Assembly (NCBI GenBank): GCA_950097015.1
Contig: CATNEN010000011.1
Span: 6,138,001-6,202,000 of the forward strand
Source of the DNA: Macrostomum hystrix
Taxonomy: Eukaryota > Animalia > Platyhelminthes
Length of the DNA stretch: 64,000 nt
Direction: 5' to 3'
Positions within the stretch are counted from its first letter, which is position 1, and every line of letters starts with the position of its first letter. The notes under the pieces are model-generated. The model did not search any database. It was not told the DNA's origin and saw only the letters and a list, made by a program, of their open reading frames with translations. The position numbers were made by a program, and so were the translations under genes. Positions 10,533 to 20,553 of the stretch are shown here, one piece after another.

Positions 10533-10830
10533 AGCTTTAAATCTGATCCAAATTGGCTAGGTATAGTATTTGCCAATCTGACTGTCAATCTAAGCCTCTT
10601 AATTAAAAATAACCTGCTGAGATTTTTATTAATCGGTTTGCTTGCTAAATTAATTTTGCATCATATTTGTTAAGCCAGTTCCATTTTCGATTCAGTTTAC
10701 ATTTAGATACTCAAATTTGGCAGCTGTTTGCACTGCCATCGTGTCCACATTCATTAATTCAAGCCCTGCCTTGAGCCACACAGTTAAAGTGTATTGACAA
10801 ATCTAAAATTATCATTCCATGAAGCTTTAA

Positions 10831-11499
10831 TCCGGGAGAGTCTAAACATTTTTGGCTTTTGGGCCGCGGAGAGAACCTGAAAGACGAAAGCGGGCCTCAT
10901 TAACTGTAGAAAATTGAGAAAGGGGAGAGATGAGACACGGGAGAGATGAGACACGGGAGAGATGAGTAAGGGAGAGATGAGACAGGGGAGAGATGAGACA
11001 GGGTAGAGATAAGACAGGTGAGAGATGAGACAGGGTAGAGATGAGACAGGGTAGAGATAAGACAGGTGAGAGATGAGACAGGTGAGAGATGAGACACAGG
11101 AGAGATGAGACACAGGAGAGATGAGACACAGGAGAGATGAGACACAGGAGAGATGAGTAAGGCAGAGAGATGAGACAGTGGAGAGATGAGAAAGGGGAGG
11201 GATAAGACAGGGGAGAGATGAGACACAGAAGAGATGAGTCACAGGAGAGATGAGACGGGAGAGATGAGACAAAGGATAGATAAGACACGGAATAGACGAT
11301 ACAGCGGGGTGAGACAGAGATGAGATAAGACAGGGAGAGATGAGACAGTGGACAGATGAGACTGGAGAGAGACTGAAGAGAGACGGGAGACACGGGAGAG
11401 ATGAGACAGGATACTGTAGGTGTCGGAAGGGGCAACGGGCCGGATTTGGGAGCTTCGAAGGCCGCATCTGGCCCGCGGGCCGGAGTTTGCCGATCCCTG
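10831..11499. mobile_element. hAT-Charlie-like MITE, second copy with expanded internal GA-rich minisatellite
   Basis: Right end ggcccgcgggccggagtttgccgatccctg; left end is a degenerate homologue of the 2071-2303 element; about 490 bp of (gagatgagacacggga)n inside. Confidence 0.75.
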
Positions 11500-11513
11500 C
11501 AGTTTAAACAAAC

Positions 11514-11887
11514 CGTCACATCCAGCTGTTCAATCCGCAGCGGCAGTTCTTCAATCTTGGTGAGCAGGGCCCGGATGTTCTCAGCTGTGAGCGGATTCTG
11601 GCTAATTCTGAGGCACTTCAAACTGTCATTGGCTCGCAGGCCCTTGACCAGGAACTCCAGACATTTGGCATCGATTCTATTGCAAGAAATGTCCAGCAGG
11701 TTGAGACTGCTGTTCACGGGTAGTGAGCGGGCCAGCGACTTGCAGCCCTCGATGTGCAGGCCGTTCCATCCGAGCAGAGCAGTCTCCAAGCAGTGATTCA
11801 GACGCATCGAGTCGCACAGACTGATGGCACCATTGAGCCGGATGTGGTTCCAGGACAGGTCTAGCACTTTTAGAGCGACATTGTGCG
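11514..11887 (-). CDS. LRRC74-like protein, exon 7
   Basis: HNVALKVLDLSWNHIRLNGA...LLGWNGL...LDISCNRI...LRISQNPL...EQLDVT, several RI-type LRRs. Confidence 0.9.
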
Positions 11888-11964
11888 CTGAAGTTCAGTA
11901 AATAGAATTTGGTGGGCTTTTTCCCTTGATATTCTCAACATTCTACTAGAAGTAGTAAACTCAC

Positions 11965-12046
11965 CCAAGCCATGAGCGATCTGAACAATGCCGTTCTCGC
12001 GAAAATTATTATGAGCTAAGTAGATCTCAGTAAGGACCTCATTCTC
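11965..12046 (-). CDS. LRRC74-like protein, exon 6
   Basis: ENEVLTEIYLAHNNFRENGIVQIAHGL; TTCACAG acceptor, GTGAGT donor. Confidence 0.85.
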
Positions 12047-12080
12047 CTGTGAATTTTAGTGGATTTGTGAATTTCACGTA

Positions 12081-13911
12081 AGACCTGAGGTAGGGGGGTA
12101 GTGTCTCACTGAAGACCTGAGGTCGGGGGGTGTGTCTCACTGAAGACCTGAGGTAGGGGGGTAGTGTCTCACTGAAGACCTGAGGTAGAGGGGTAGTATC
12201 TTACTGAAGACCTGAGGTAGGGGGGTAGTGTCTTACTGAAGTCCTGAGGTAGAGGGGTTGTGTCTCACTGAAGACCTGAGGTAGGGGGGTAGTATCTTAC
12301 TGAAGACCTGAGGTAGGGGGGTAGTGTCTCACTGAAGACCTGAGGTAGGGGGGTAGTGTCTCACTGAAGACCTGAGGTAGGGGGGTAGTGTCTCACTGAA
12401 GACCTGAGGTAGAGGGGTAGTATCTTACTGAAGACCTGAGGTAGGGGGGTAGTGTCTCACTGAAGACCTGAGGTAGGGGGGTAGTGTCTCACTGAAGACC
12501 TGAGGTAGGGGGGTAGTATCTTACTGAAGACCTGAGGTAGGGGGGTAGTGTCTCACTGAAGACCTGAGGTAGGGGGGTAGTGTCTCACTGAAGACCTGAG
12601 GTCGGGGGGTGTGTCTCACTGAAGACCTGAGGTAGGGGGGTAGTGTCTCACTGAAGACCTGAGGTCGGGGGGTAGTGTCTCACTGAAGACCTGAGGTAGG
12701 GGGGTAGTATCTTACTGAAGACCTGAGGTAGGGGGGTAGTGTCTTACTGAAGTCCTGAGGTAGAGGGGTTGTGTCTCACTGAAGACCTGAGGTAGGGGGG
12801 TAGTGTCTCACTGAAGACCTGAGGTAGAGGGGTAGTGTCTTACTGAAGACCTGAGGTAGAGGGGTAGTATCTCACTGAAGACCTGAGGTAGAGGGGTAGT
12901 ATCTTACTGAAGACCTGAGGTAGAGGGGTAGTGTCTTACTGAAGACCTGAGGTAGAGGGGTAGTATCTCACTGAAGACCTGAGGTAGGGGAGTAGTGTCT
13001 CACTGAAGACCTGAGGTAGAGGGGTAGTATCTCACTGAAGACCTGAGGTAGGGGGGTAGTGTCTCACTGAAGACCTGAGGTAGGGGGGTAGTGTCTCACT
13101 GAAGACCTAAGGTAGGGGGGTAGTGTCTCACTGAAGACCTGAGGTAGGGGGGTAGTGTCTCACTGAAGACCTGAGGTAGAGGGGTAGTGTCTTACTGAAG
13201 ACCTGAGGTAGAGGGGTAGTATCTTACTGAAGACCTGAGGTAGAGGGGTAGTATCTTACTGAAGACCTGAGGTAGAGGGGTAGTATCTTACTGAAGACCT
13301 GAGGTAGGGGAGTAGTGTCTCACTGAAGACCTGAGGTAGGGGAGTAGTGTCTCACTGAAGACCTGAGGTAGAGGGGTAGTATCTTACTGAAGACCTGAGG
13401 TAGAGGGGTAGTATCTTACTGAAGACCTGAGGTAGAGGGGTAGTATCTTACTGAAGACCTGAGGTAGGGGAGTAGTGTCTCACTGAAGACCTGAGGTAGG
13501 GGAGTAGTGTCTCACTGAAGACCTGAGGTAGAGGGGTAGTATCTCACTGAAGACCTGAGGTAGAGGGGTAGTGTCTTACTGAAGACCTGAGGTAGAGGGG
13601 TAGTATCTCACTGAAGACCTGAGGTATGGCAGTAGTGTCTCACTGAAGACCTGAGGTAGAGGGGTAGTATCTTACTGAAGACCTGAGGTAGAGGGGTAGT
13701 GTCTTACTGAAGACCTGAGGTAGGGGAGTAGTGTCTCACTGAAGACCTGAGGTAGAGGGGTAGTATCTTACTGAAGACCTGAGGTAGGGGGGTAGTGTCT
13801 CACTGAAGACCTGAGGTAGGGGGGTAGTGTCTCACTGAAGACCTGAGGTAGGGGGGTAGTGTCTCACTGAAGACCTGAGGTAGAGGGGTAGTATCTCACT
13901 GAAGACCTGAA
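12081..13911. repeat. 32-bp G-rich minisatellite (~57 copies) in LRRC74-like intron 5
   Basis: Unit ctgaagacctgaggtaggggggtagtgtctca, period 32 (12301 to 12333). Confidence 0.97.
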
Positions 13912-13920
13912 GACACTGAA

Positions 13921-14030
13921 GAAGAGAACAGTGACAACAATGATGTCTAACAAAGAAGAACAGTGACAACAGTGATGTCTCACAGGAGAGAACAGTGACA
14001 ACAATGATGTCTAACAAAGAAGAACAATGC
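13921..14030. repeat. Second 32-bp-period repeat (~3.5 copies) abutting the G-rich array
   Basis: gaacagtgacaacaatgatgtctaacaaagaa at 13926 and 13958. Confidence 0.85.
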
Positions 14031-14038
14031 CAACCAAC

Positions 14039-14088
14039 CTCAAGAAGATTTTTCAGCAGAGCTGCACAGTTTTCTTCAAATCGATTGC
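14039..14088 (-). CDS. LRRC74-like protein, exon 5
   Basis: (G)NRFEENCAALLKNLLE; CCTGCAG acceptor, GTTGGT donor, phase consistent. Confidence 0.8.
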
Positions 14089-14171
14089 CTGCAGGTTAAA
14101 GATGAGAAATTTTTTTCTCAGATGAGAATCAAATTTGAGAACCTTTCAAATTTCTCTCCAAGATGTTTTAC

Positions 14172-14265
14172 CTGACAAGTCCAACACCTTCACTGTACGA
14201 TTATTGACTAAAGCAGTGGCGATGGCCTGTAAGCCAGTTAATCCAATTCGGTTGTTAACAAGTCT
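14172..14265 (-). CDS. LRRC74-like protein, exon 4
   Basis: RLVNNRIGLTGLQAIATALVNNRTVKVLDLSG; TTTGCAG acceptor, GTAAAA donor. Confidence 0.85.
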
Positions 14266-14346
14266 CTGCAAATTAGAGATGAGATTTTTTTAGAAAATCT
14301 GATAGTTTTAGACGCTAATCCATTGCTAATCCAACACTTCACAAAC

Positions 14347-14454
14347 CAGCTCGGTTAGAAACGGATTATCCCTGATCACTGCGGTTAGCTGCTGGGCACC
14401 CGGGCAACCCAGCTCATTGTCCTCCAGTATGAGCTCGCGAAGGTGAGCATTGTT
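14347..14454 (-). CDS. LRRC74-like protein, exon 3
   Basis: NNAHLRELILEDNELGCPGAQQLTAVIRDNPFLTEL, an RI-type LRR; AG/GT bounded. Confidence 0.85.
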
Positions 14455-14543
14455 CTAAAGAGTTTTAAAGGTTTCGAGGTGATGAGGCGTTGAGACTGAG
14501 TGTACATTTCCTGACGCAGACATCCACTCACACAGGTAGAGCG

Positions 14544-15310
14544 ACTTGATAATCCTACTGTTAACCAACTTGATAATCCTACTGTTAATCCACTTCATAA
14601 TCGTGCTGTTAACCAACTTGATAATCCTACTGTTAATCCACTTATCCTTCTGTTAATCCACTTGATAATCCTTCTGTTAATCCACTTGATAATCCTTCTG
14701 TTAATCCACTTGATAATCCTACTGATAATCCACTTGATAATCGTGCTGTTAACCCACTTGATAATCGTGCTGTTAATCCAATTGATAATCCTACTTATAA
14801 TCCACTTGATAATGGTGCTGTTAATCCACTTGATAATAGTTCTGGTAATCTAATTGATAATGCTACTTTTAATCCACTTGAAAAAATCATACTGATAACC
14901 CACTTGATAATCATACTGTTAATCCACTTGATAATCCTACTGATAATCCACATGATAATCCTTCTGTTAATCCACTTGATAATCGTGCTGTTAATCCAAT
15001 TGATAATCCTACTTATAATCCACTTGATAATGGTGCTGTTAATCCACTTGATAATAGTGCTGGTAATCTAATTGATAATCCTACTGTTAATCTACTTGAT
15101 AATCCTTCTGTTAATCCACTTGATAATCGTGCTGTTAACATAGTTGAGATAAAAAGTCTTTGTGATAATACCAGTCGGAAGATTAATCCGGAAGATTATC
15201 TTAGTCGTTAAACCTGAATGATAACCCCTCAGAAATCCTTGTCAGAAAATCCCCGTTTTGACCCTCTGATAATCCATCTGATAATCCTTCGATAATCTCT
15301 GCAATAATCC
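14544..15310. repeat. 24-bp minisatellite in LRRC74-like intron 2
   Basis: Unit acttgataatcctactgttaatcc, degenerating rightwards. Confidence 0.9.
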
Positions 15311-15324
15311 CAAAGCCAACTCAC

Positions 15325-15533
15325 CCCAAGCGCCTGTGAGCAGGCAAAAGCTCCGTCAACTCCCAGATACAATCGGCTCAGCTGTACTCTGGGCAGGAGC
15401 AGCGATTGCAGAAACTTCTGCGAAGGCGTTATACCCAGCCTGTCGCAGGTGTGCAAGTATTTCTCCTGATTCCAGTCCAGTTTTCGGCCCCCCGCGGGCC
15501 GCAGTTCGTCCAGCGCCGAATCTTCGACCATTT
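15325..15533 (-). CDS. LRRC74-like protein, exon 2
   Basis: Acceptor CTTAG; QEKYLHTCDRLGITPSQKFLQSL...LSRLYLGVDGAFACSQALG, typical of the LRRC74 pre-LRR segment; donor GTGAGT. Confidence 0.75.
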
Positions 15534-15623
15534 CTAAGTTTGAGTCCATTCTCAAAGTGCCAATTTTTTAACTAGTAGAGAAAGAAACTATTTAGAAGCG
15601 AGAACATTCTTAAAAGTACATAC

Positions 15624-15765
15624 CAGCCTCCTCGGCCTCATCAGCGCCAGTTTTTTCCGAGTCAATTTTCACCTGCGGCTGATAAGCCAAGGGTTGATCC
15701 GACTCCAGCAGGTGCATGCTCAGCAGCCTGAAGGCGGAAACTGGTCGCTTTGATTTGTTCAACAT
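15624..15765 (-). CDS. LRRC74-like LRR + EF-hand protein, exon 1 (probable start)
   Basis: ATG at 15765 (MLNKSKRPVSAFRLL...EAEEA), donor G|GTATGT. Phase fits exon 2; no homology support for this segment. Confidence 0.55.
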
Positions 15766-16204
15766 TTCACTGCTGCAGAAACGGGGCTGATTTCAACGAT
15801 GTAATGTACCCTTACACAATTGACTGCTCACTACCATGTCAAAAAAATCGCATTTTATACCCTTAAACCTTCCTGGCTTTTAGCTACTTGAAGAATTCAA
15901 GAGCAGCTGCTGCAGCTCTGACTTTTTGTTGAAAAAATGTCGCTTCTCAAAAAAACGCGGCACTCTGACGGGCTCCTGGAGATGACAGACGCCTGGCAGA
16001 ACAGAATAGAAAAACTGTGAGAGCATACCAACTCATTCTCTCTCCTCTCTCTGTTTCTAGTTTCACCCTTTGGCATAGCAACTGCTGTCTACCTGTTTAC
16101 CTGCCCAGTGCCCACACACACACAACAGGCATGTGCCTCATACTGGAATTGGAAGGGCGAGTCAAATCGATTTATCCGCCCTAGGAATTATTAACTACTC
16201 AGTC

Positions 16205-18450
16205 CACCCTCGTCTCTTCTCCACTGCCTCATCTACTTCCCTACTGCCTCATCTCTTCTCCACTGCCTCATCTCCTTCCCTACTGCCTCATCTCTTCTCC
16301 ACTGCCTCATCTCCTTCCCTACTACCTCATCTCCTCCCCCACTGCCTCATCTACTTCCCTACTGCCTCATCTCTTCTCCACTGCCTCATCTCCTTCCCTA
16401 CTACCTCATCTCCTCCCCCACTGCCTCATCTACTTCCCTACTGCCTCATCTCCTCTCCCACTGCCTCATCTCCTTCCCTACTGCCTCATCTCCTCTCCCA
16501 CTGCCTCATCTACTTCCCTACTGCCTCATCTCTTCTCCACTGCCTCATCTCCTTCCCTACTACCTCATCTCCTCCCCCACTGCCTCATCTACTTCCCTAC
16601 TGCCTCATCTCCTCTCCCACTGCCTCATCTCCTTCCCTACTGCCTCATCTCTTCTCCACTGCCTCATCTCCTTCCCTACTACCTCATCTCTTCTCCACTG
16701 CCTCATCTCCTTCCCTACTACCTCATCTCCTCTCCCACTGCCTCATCTACTTCCCTACTGCCTCATCTCCTCTCCCACTGCCTCATCTACTTCCCTACTG
16801 CCTCATCTCCTCTCCCACTGCCTCATCTCCTTCCCTACTGCCTCATCTCTTCTCCACTGCCTCATCTCCTTCCCTACTGCCTCATCTCTTCTCCACTGCC
16901 TCATCTCCTTCCCTACTACCTCATCTCCTCTCCCACTGCCTCATCTACTTCCCTACTGCCTCATCTCCTCTCCCACTGCCTCATCTCCTTCCCTACTACC
17001 TCATCTCTTCTCCACTGCCTCATCTCCTTCCCTACTACCTCATCTCTTCTCCACTGCCTCATCTCCTTCCCTACTACCTCATCTCCTCTCCCACTGCCTC
17101 ATCTCCTTCCCTACTGCCTCATCTCTTCTCCACTGCCTCATCTCCTTCCCTACTACCTCATCTCTTCTCCACTGCCTCATCTCCTTCCCTACTACCTCAT
17201 CTCCTCTCCCACTGCCTCATCTCCTTCCCTACTGCCTCATCTCTTCTCCACTGCCTCATCTACTTCCCTACTGCCTCATCTCCTCTCCCACTGCCTCATC
17301 TCCTTCCCTACTGCCTCATCTCCTCTCCCACTGCCTTATCTCCTCTCCCACTGCCTTATCTCCTCTCCAACTGCCTCATCTCCTCTCCCACTGCCTCATC
17401 TACTCTCCCACTGCCTCATCTCCTCTCCCACTGCCTCATCTCTTCTCCACTGCCTCATCTCCTTCCCTACTACCTCATCTCCTCTCCCACTGCCTCATCT
17501 ACTTCCCTACTGCCTCATCTCCTCTCCCACTGCCTCATTTACTTCCCTACTGCCTCATCTCCTCTCCCACTGCCTCATCTACTTCCCTACTGCCTCATCT
17601 CTTCTCCACTGCCTCATCTCCTTCCCTACTACCTCATCTCTTCTCCACTGCCTCATCTCCTTCCCTACTACCTCATCTCTTCTCCACTGCCTCATCTCCT
17701 TCCCTACTACCTCATCTCTTCTCCACTGCCTCATCTCCTTCCCTACTACCTCATCTCTTCTCCACTGCCTCATCTCCTTCCCTACTACCTCATCTCTTCT
17801 CCACTGCCTCATCTCCTTCCCTACTACCTCATCTCCTCTCCCACTGCCTCATCTCCTTCCCTACTACCTCATCTCCTCTCCCACTGCCTCATCTACTTCC
17901 CTACTGCCTCATCTCCTCTCCCACTGCCTCATCTCCTTCCCTACTGCCTCATCTCTTCTCCACTGCCTCATCTCCTTCCCTACTGCCTCATCTCTTCTCC
18001 ACTGCCTCATCTCCTTCCCTACTACCTCATCTCCTCTCCCACTGCCTCATCTACTTCCCTACTGCCTCATCTCCTCTCCCACTGCCTCATCTCCTTCCCT
18101 ACTACCTCATCTCCTCTCCCACTGCCTCATCTACTTCCCTACTGCCTCATCTCCTCTCCCACTGCCTCATCTCCTTCCCTACTGCCTCATCTCCTCTCCC
18201 ACTGCCTTATCTCCTCTCCCACTGCCTTATCTCCTCTCCAACTGCCTCATCTCCTCTCCCACTGCCTCATCTACTCTCCCACTGCCTCATCTCCTCTCCC
18301 ACTGCCTCTCCTTCTCTCCCACTGCCTCATCTCCTCTCCCACTGCCTCATCTCCTCTGCCACTGCCTCATCTCCTTCCCTACTGCCTCATCTCCTCTCCC
18401 ACTGCCTCATCTACTCTCCCACTGCCTCTCCTTCTCCCCCACCTCTCCCC
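16205..18450. repeat. Compound pyrimidine-rich minisatellite (ctgcctcatct plus 8-9 bp linkers)
   Basis: About 2.2 kb, with G essentially confined to one position per unit on the + strand. The 815-aa ORF is an artefact of it. Confidence 0.95.
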
Positions 18451-19687
18451 ATCTTGCTCTTTATCTCGGCCCAAATTTTACTCCCTAACAGATCTTAACA
18501 GATGCCGCCTATCCTCTCTCTCCCCTCCTTCTCAAACTCCTCTTTTTGCCAGCTTATTACTGGGGGAGTCTGCAGTTTAGAGCAATTGAAACCAGTCGAC
18601 TGGGAGTGAGCAGTGGAATCGTAACTTTGAGAAGTCTCAACGATGCAGCACATTACAATAGGCATAATTAATTAATCTGCCTGTCAGCCCTCAAATGGGC
18701 AGACTAGCCGACTGGGAGGGCCCTTTTTAATTTATTAGCCGTCCCAGCAGGTGTAGGAATTATTGTGACTCATCATACTAATCATCATACTAATACTACT
18801 GCGTGTTTGTAGCAATCAGCAAAGTATGCAATTGCTTATACACATATGACGATTTGAAATGGTCATTTGCACCCCAAAGGAGTTGCTATATACGAACTAC
18901 AGTTCTTACAAGAGCTACAATGCATGGCGCTGTGGGGAACTTCAAGCTATTGAATTGGCCTACTAACACACGGTAAGTTTGTAGGTTTTGGCAACGCGTC
19001 TTCTACTACCTTAAGTAGTATCATGGACCGTCCTTCAATTGTTGAAAGCTCAAGTTCAACTCAAAGTGCAAAACATCACACTAAAACCGGATAAATTAAA
19101 ATGAGCTCAATGTGAATTCCATAAATCACTTGCGGTTAGAAGCTCAATAAACGATTCTTGCCGCAATAAAAGAACTCAAAAAATGACCGACCGAAAGCAA
19201 TTTGACAAGAGTTCGCGGTCGAAAAAAATTGTGCACTATCACAAAGCCGCTTCCGTCATGATTGTCAAAATATTTTAATGACAGAAGTATTTCATCCGGG
19301 CGAAACACTTTGGTCTCTTCCGGCTTGCTGTGGGCTCTGTGCATAATGGCCCGACAATGATGGGTGGAGCATTGCAGAGGATTCACCGCTTGGTTTGCTG
19401 CCTGTTTGTTCTTTATGGGATCAAGTATTCTAACTACTGTATTTTTACCCTAGCCGAAATGTGATGTCAGTTCGATGCAGCATATGAGCTGAGCTCAAAC
19501 CGCTGGACTAATGGTCTCTGGGGACTAGACTATTTCTCCAGAAACTTCGGGACAGTTTTTGGTTTGAAAAGAAATTTTATAAATGCTTTATGTCTGCAGG
19601 CTCTTCGACTGACGTTAAAATGAAGCTTGGCGATCGAAGCCGCAACTGAGGTTACGAAATCACAAATTTCAAATGCAATATATTCAC

Positions 19688-20244
19688 ATCAAACCTCAAA
19701 CAACACCGCACACAAACCTCAAACAACACCGCAGACAAACCTCAAAAAACACCGCACACAAACCTCAAACAACACGCAGACAAACCTCAAACAACACCGC
19801 AGACAAACCTCAAACAACACCGCAGACAAACCTCAAAAAACACCGCACACAAACCCCAAACAACACGCACACAAACCTCAAACAACACCGCAGACAAACC
19901 TCAAACAACACCGCAGACAAACCTCAAACAACACGCAGACAAACCTCAAACAACACCGCAGACAAACCTCAAAAAACACGCACACAAACCTCAAACAACA
20001 CCGCAGACAAACCTCAAACAACACCGCAGACAAACCTCAAAAAACACGCACACAAACCTCAAACAACACCGCAGACAAACCTCAAACAACACCGCAGACA
20101 AACCTCAAACAACACGCAGACAAACCTCAAACAACACCGCACACAAACCTCAAACAACACCGCACACAAACCTCAAACAACACCGCACATGAACATCAAA
20201 CAACACCGCACATAAACATCAAACAACACGCAGACAAACCTCAA
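19688..20244. repeat. 21-23 bp minisatellite (caaacctcaaacaacaccgcaga)
   Basis: About 25 copies ending at the tail of a SINE. Confidence 0.9.
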
Positions 20245-20553
20245 TATAATTTATTTTTGATTACACCTGCTCCAATTGGGCCAGATGTGCAGCCGACAGC
20301 ACAGCCGCAGCTATTGCGCGGCGCATCTGAAGGCTGAGTACAGCTGTTCAGTCCATGGACTTGGTGGACGCCACACCCATTCTCATTTGCCCCAGCTAAT
20401 GCTGGTACACATTTAACAGCTGGGTGAACTTAAGCAATGCAGAGTCAAGTGTCTTGCAAAAGGACCCAAAATTGTTCCAGTGGAGTCGGGAATCGAACCC
20501 CGGACCTTCAAGTCATGAGTCCGACGCTCTAGCCACTAGGCTACAACCTCCTA
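20245..20553 (-). mobile_element. SINE family B, full length, 11-bp TSD
   Basis: Reverse complement of the 33108 copy; acaaacctcaa at 20234-20244 and 20554-20564. Confidence 0.9.

Noticed and set aside
10784-11511. ORFs rich in SHLSRVSSLPCLISP (also 34146-34530 and 38316-38700)
   Set aside because: Translations of the GA-rich minisatellite.
16133-18580. 815-aa ORF
   Set aside because: Translation of a low-complexity pyrimidine array with no domain or codon signal.
19627-20337. 236-aa and 180-aa Q/T/N/K-rich ORFs
   Set aside because: Minisatellite translation running into a SINE tail.
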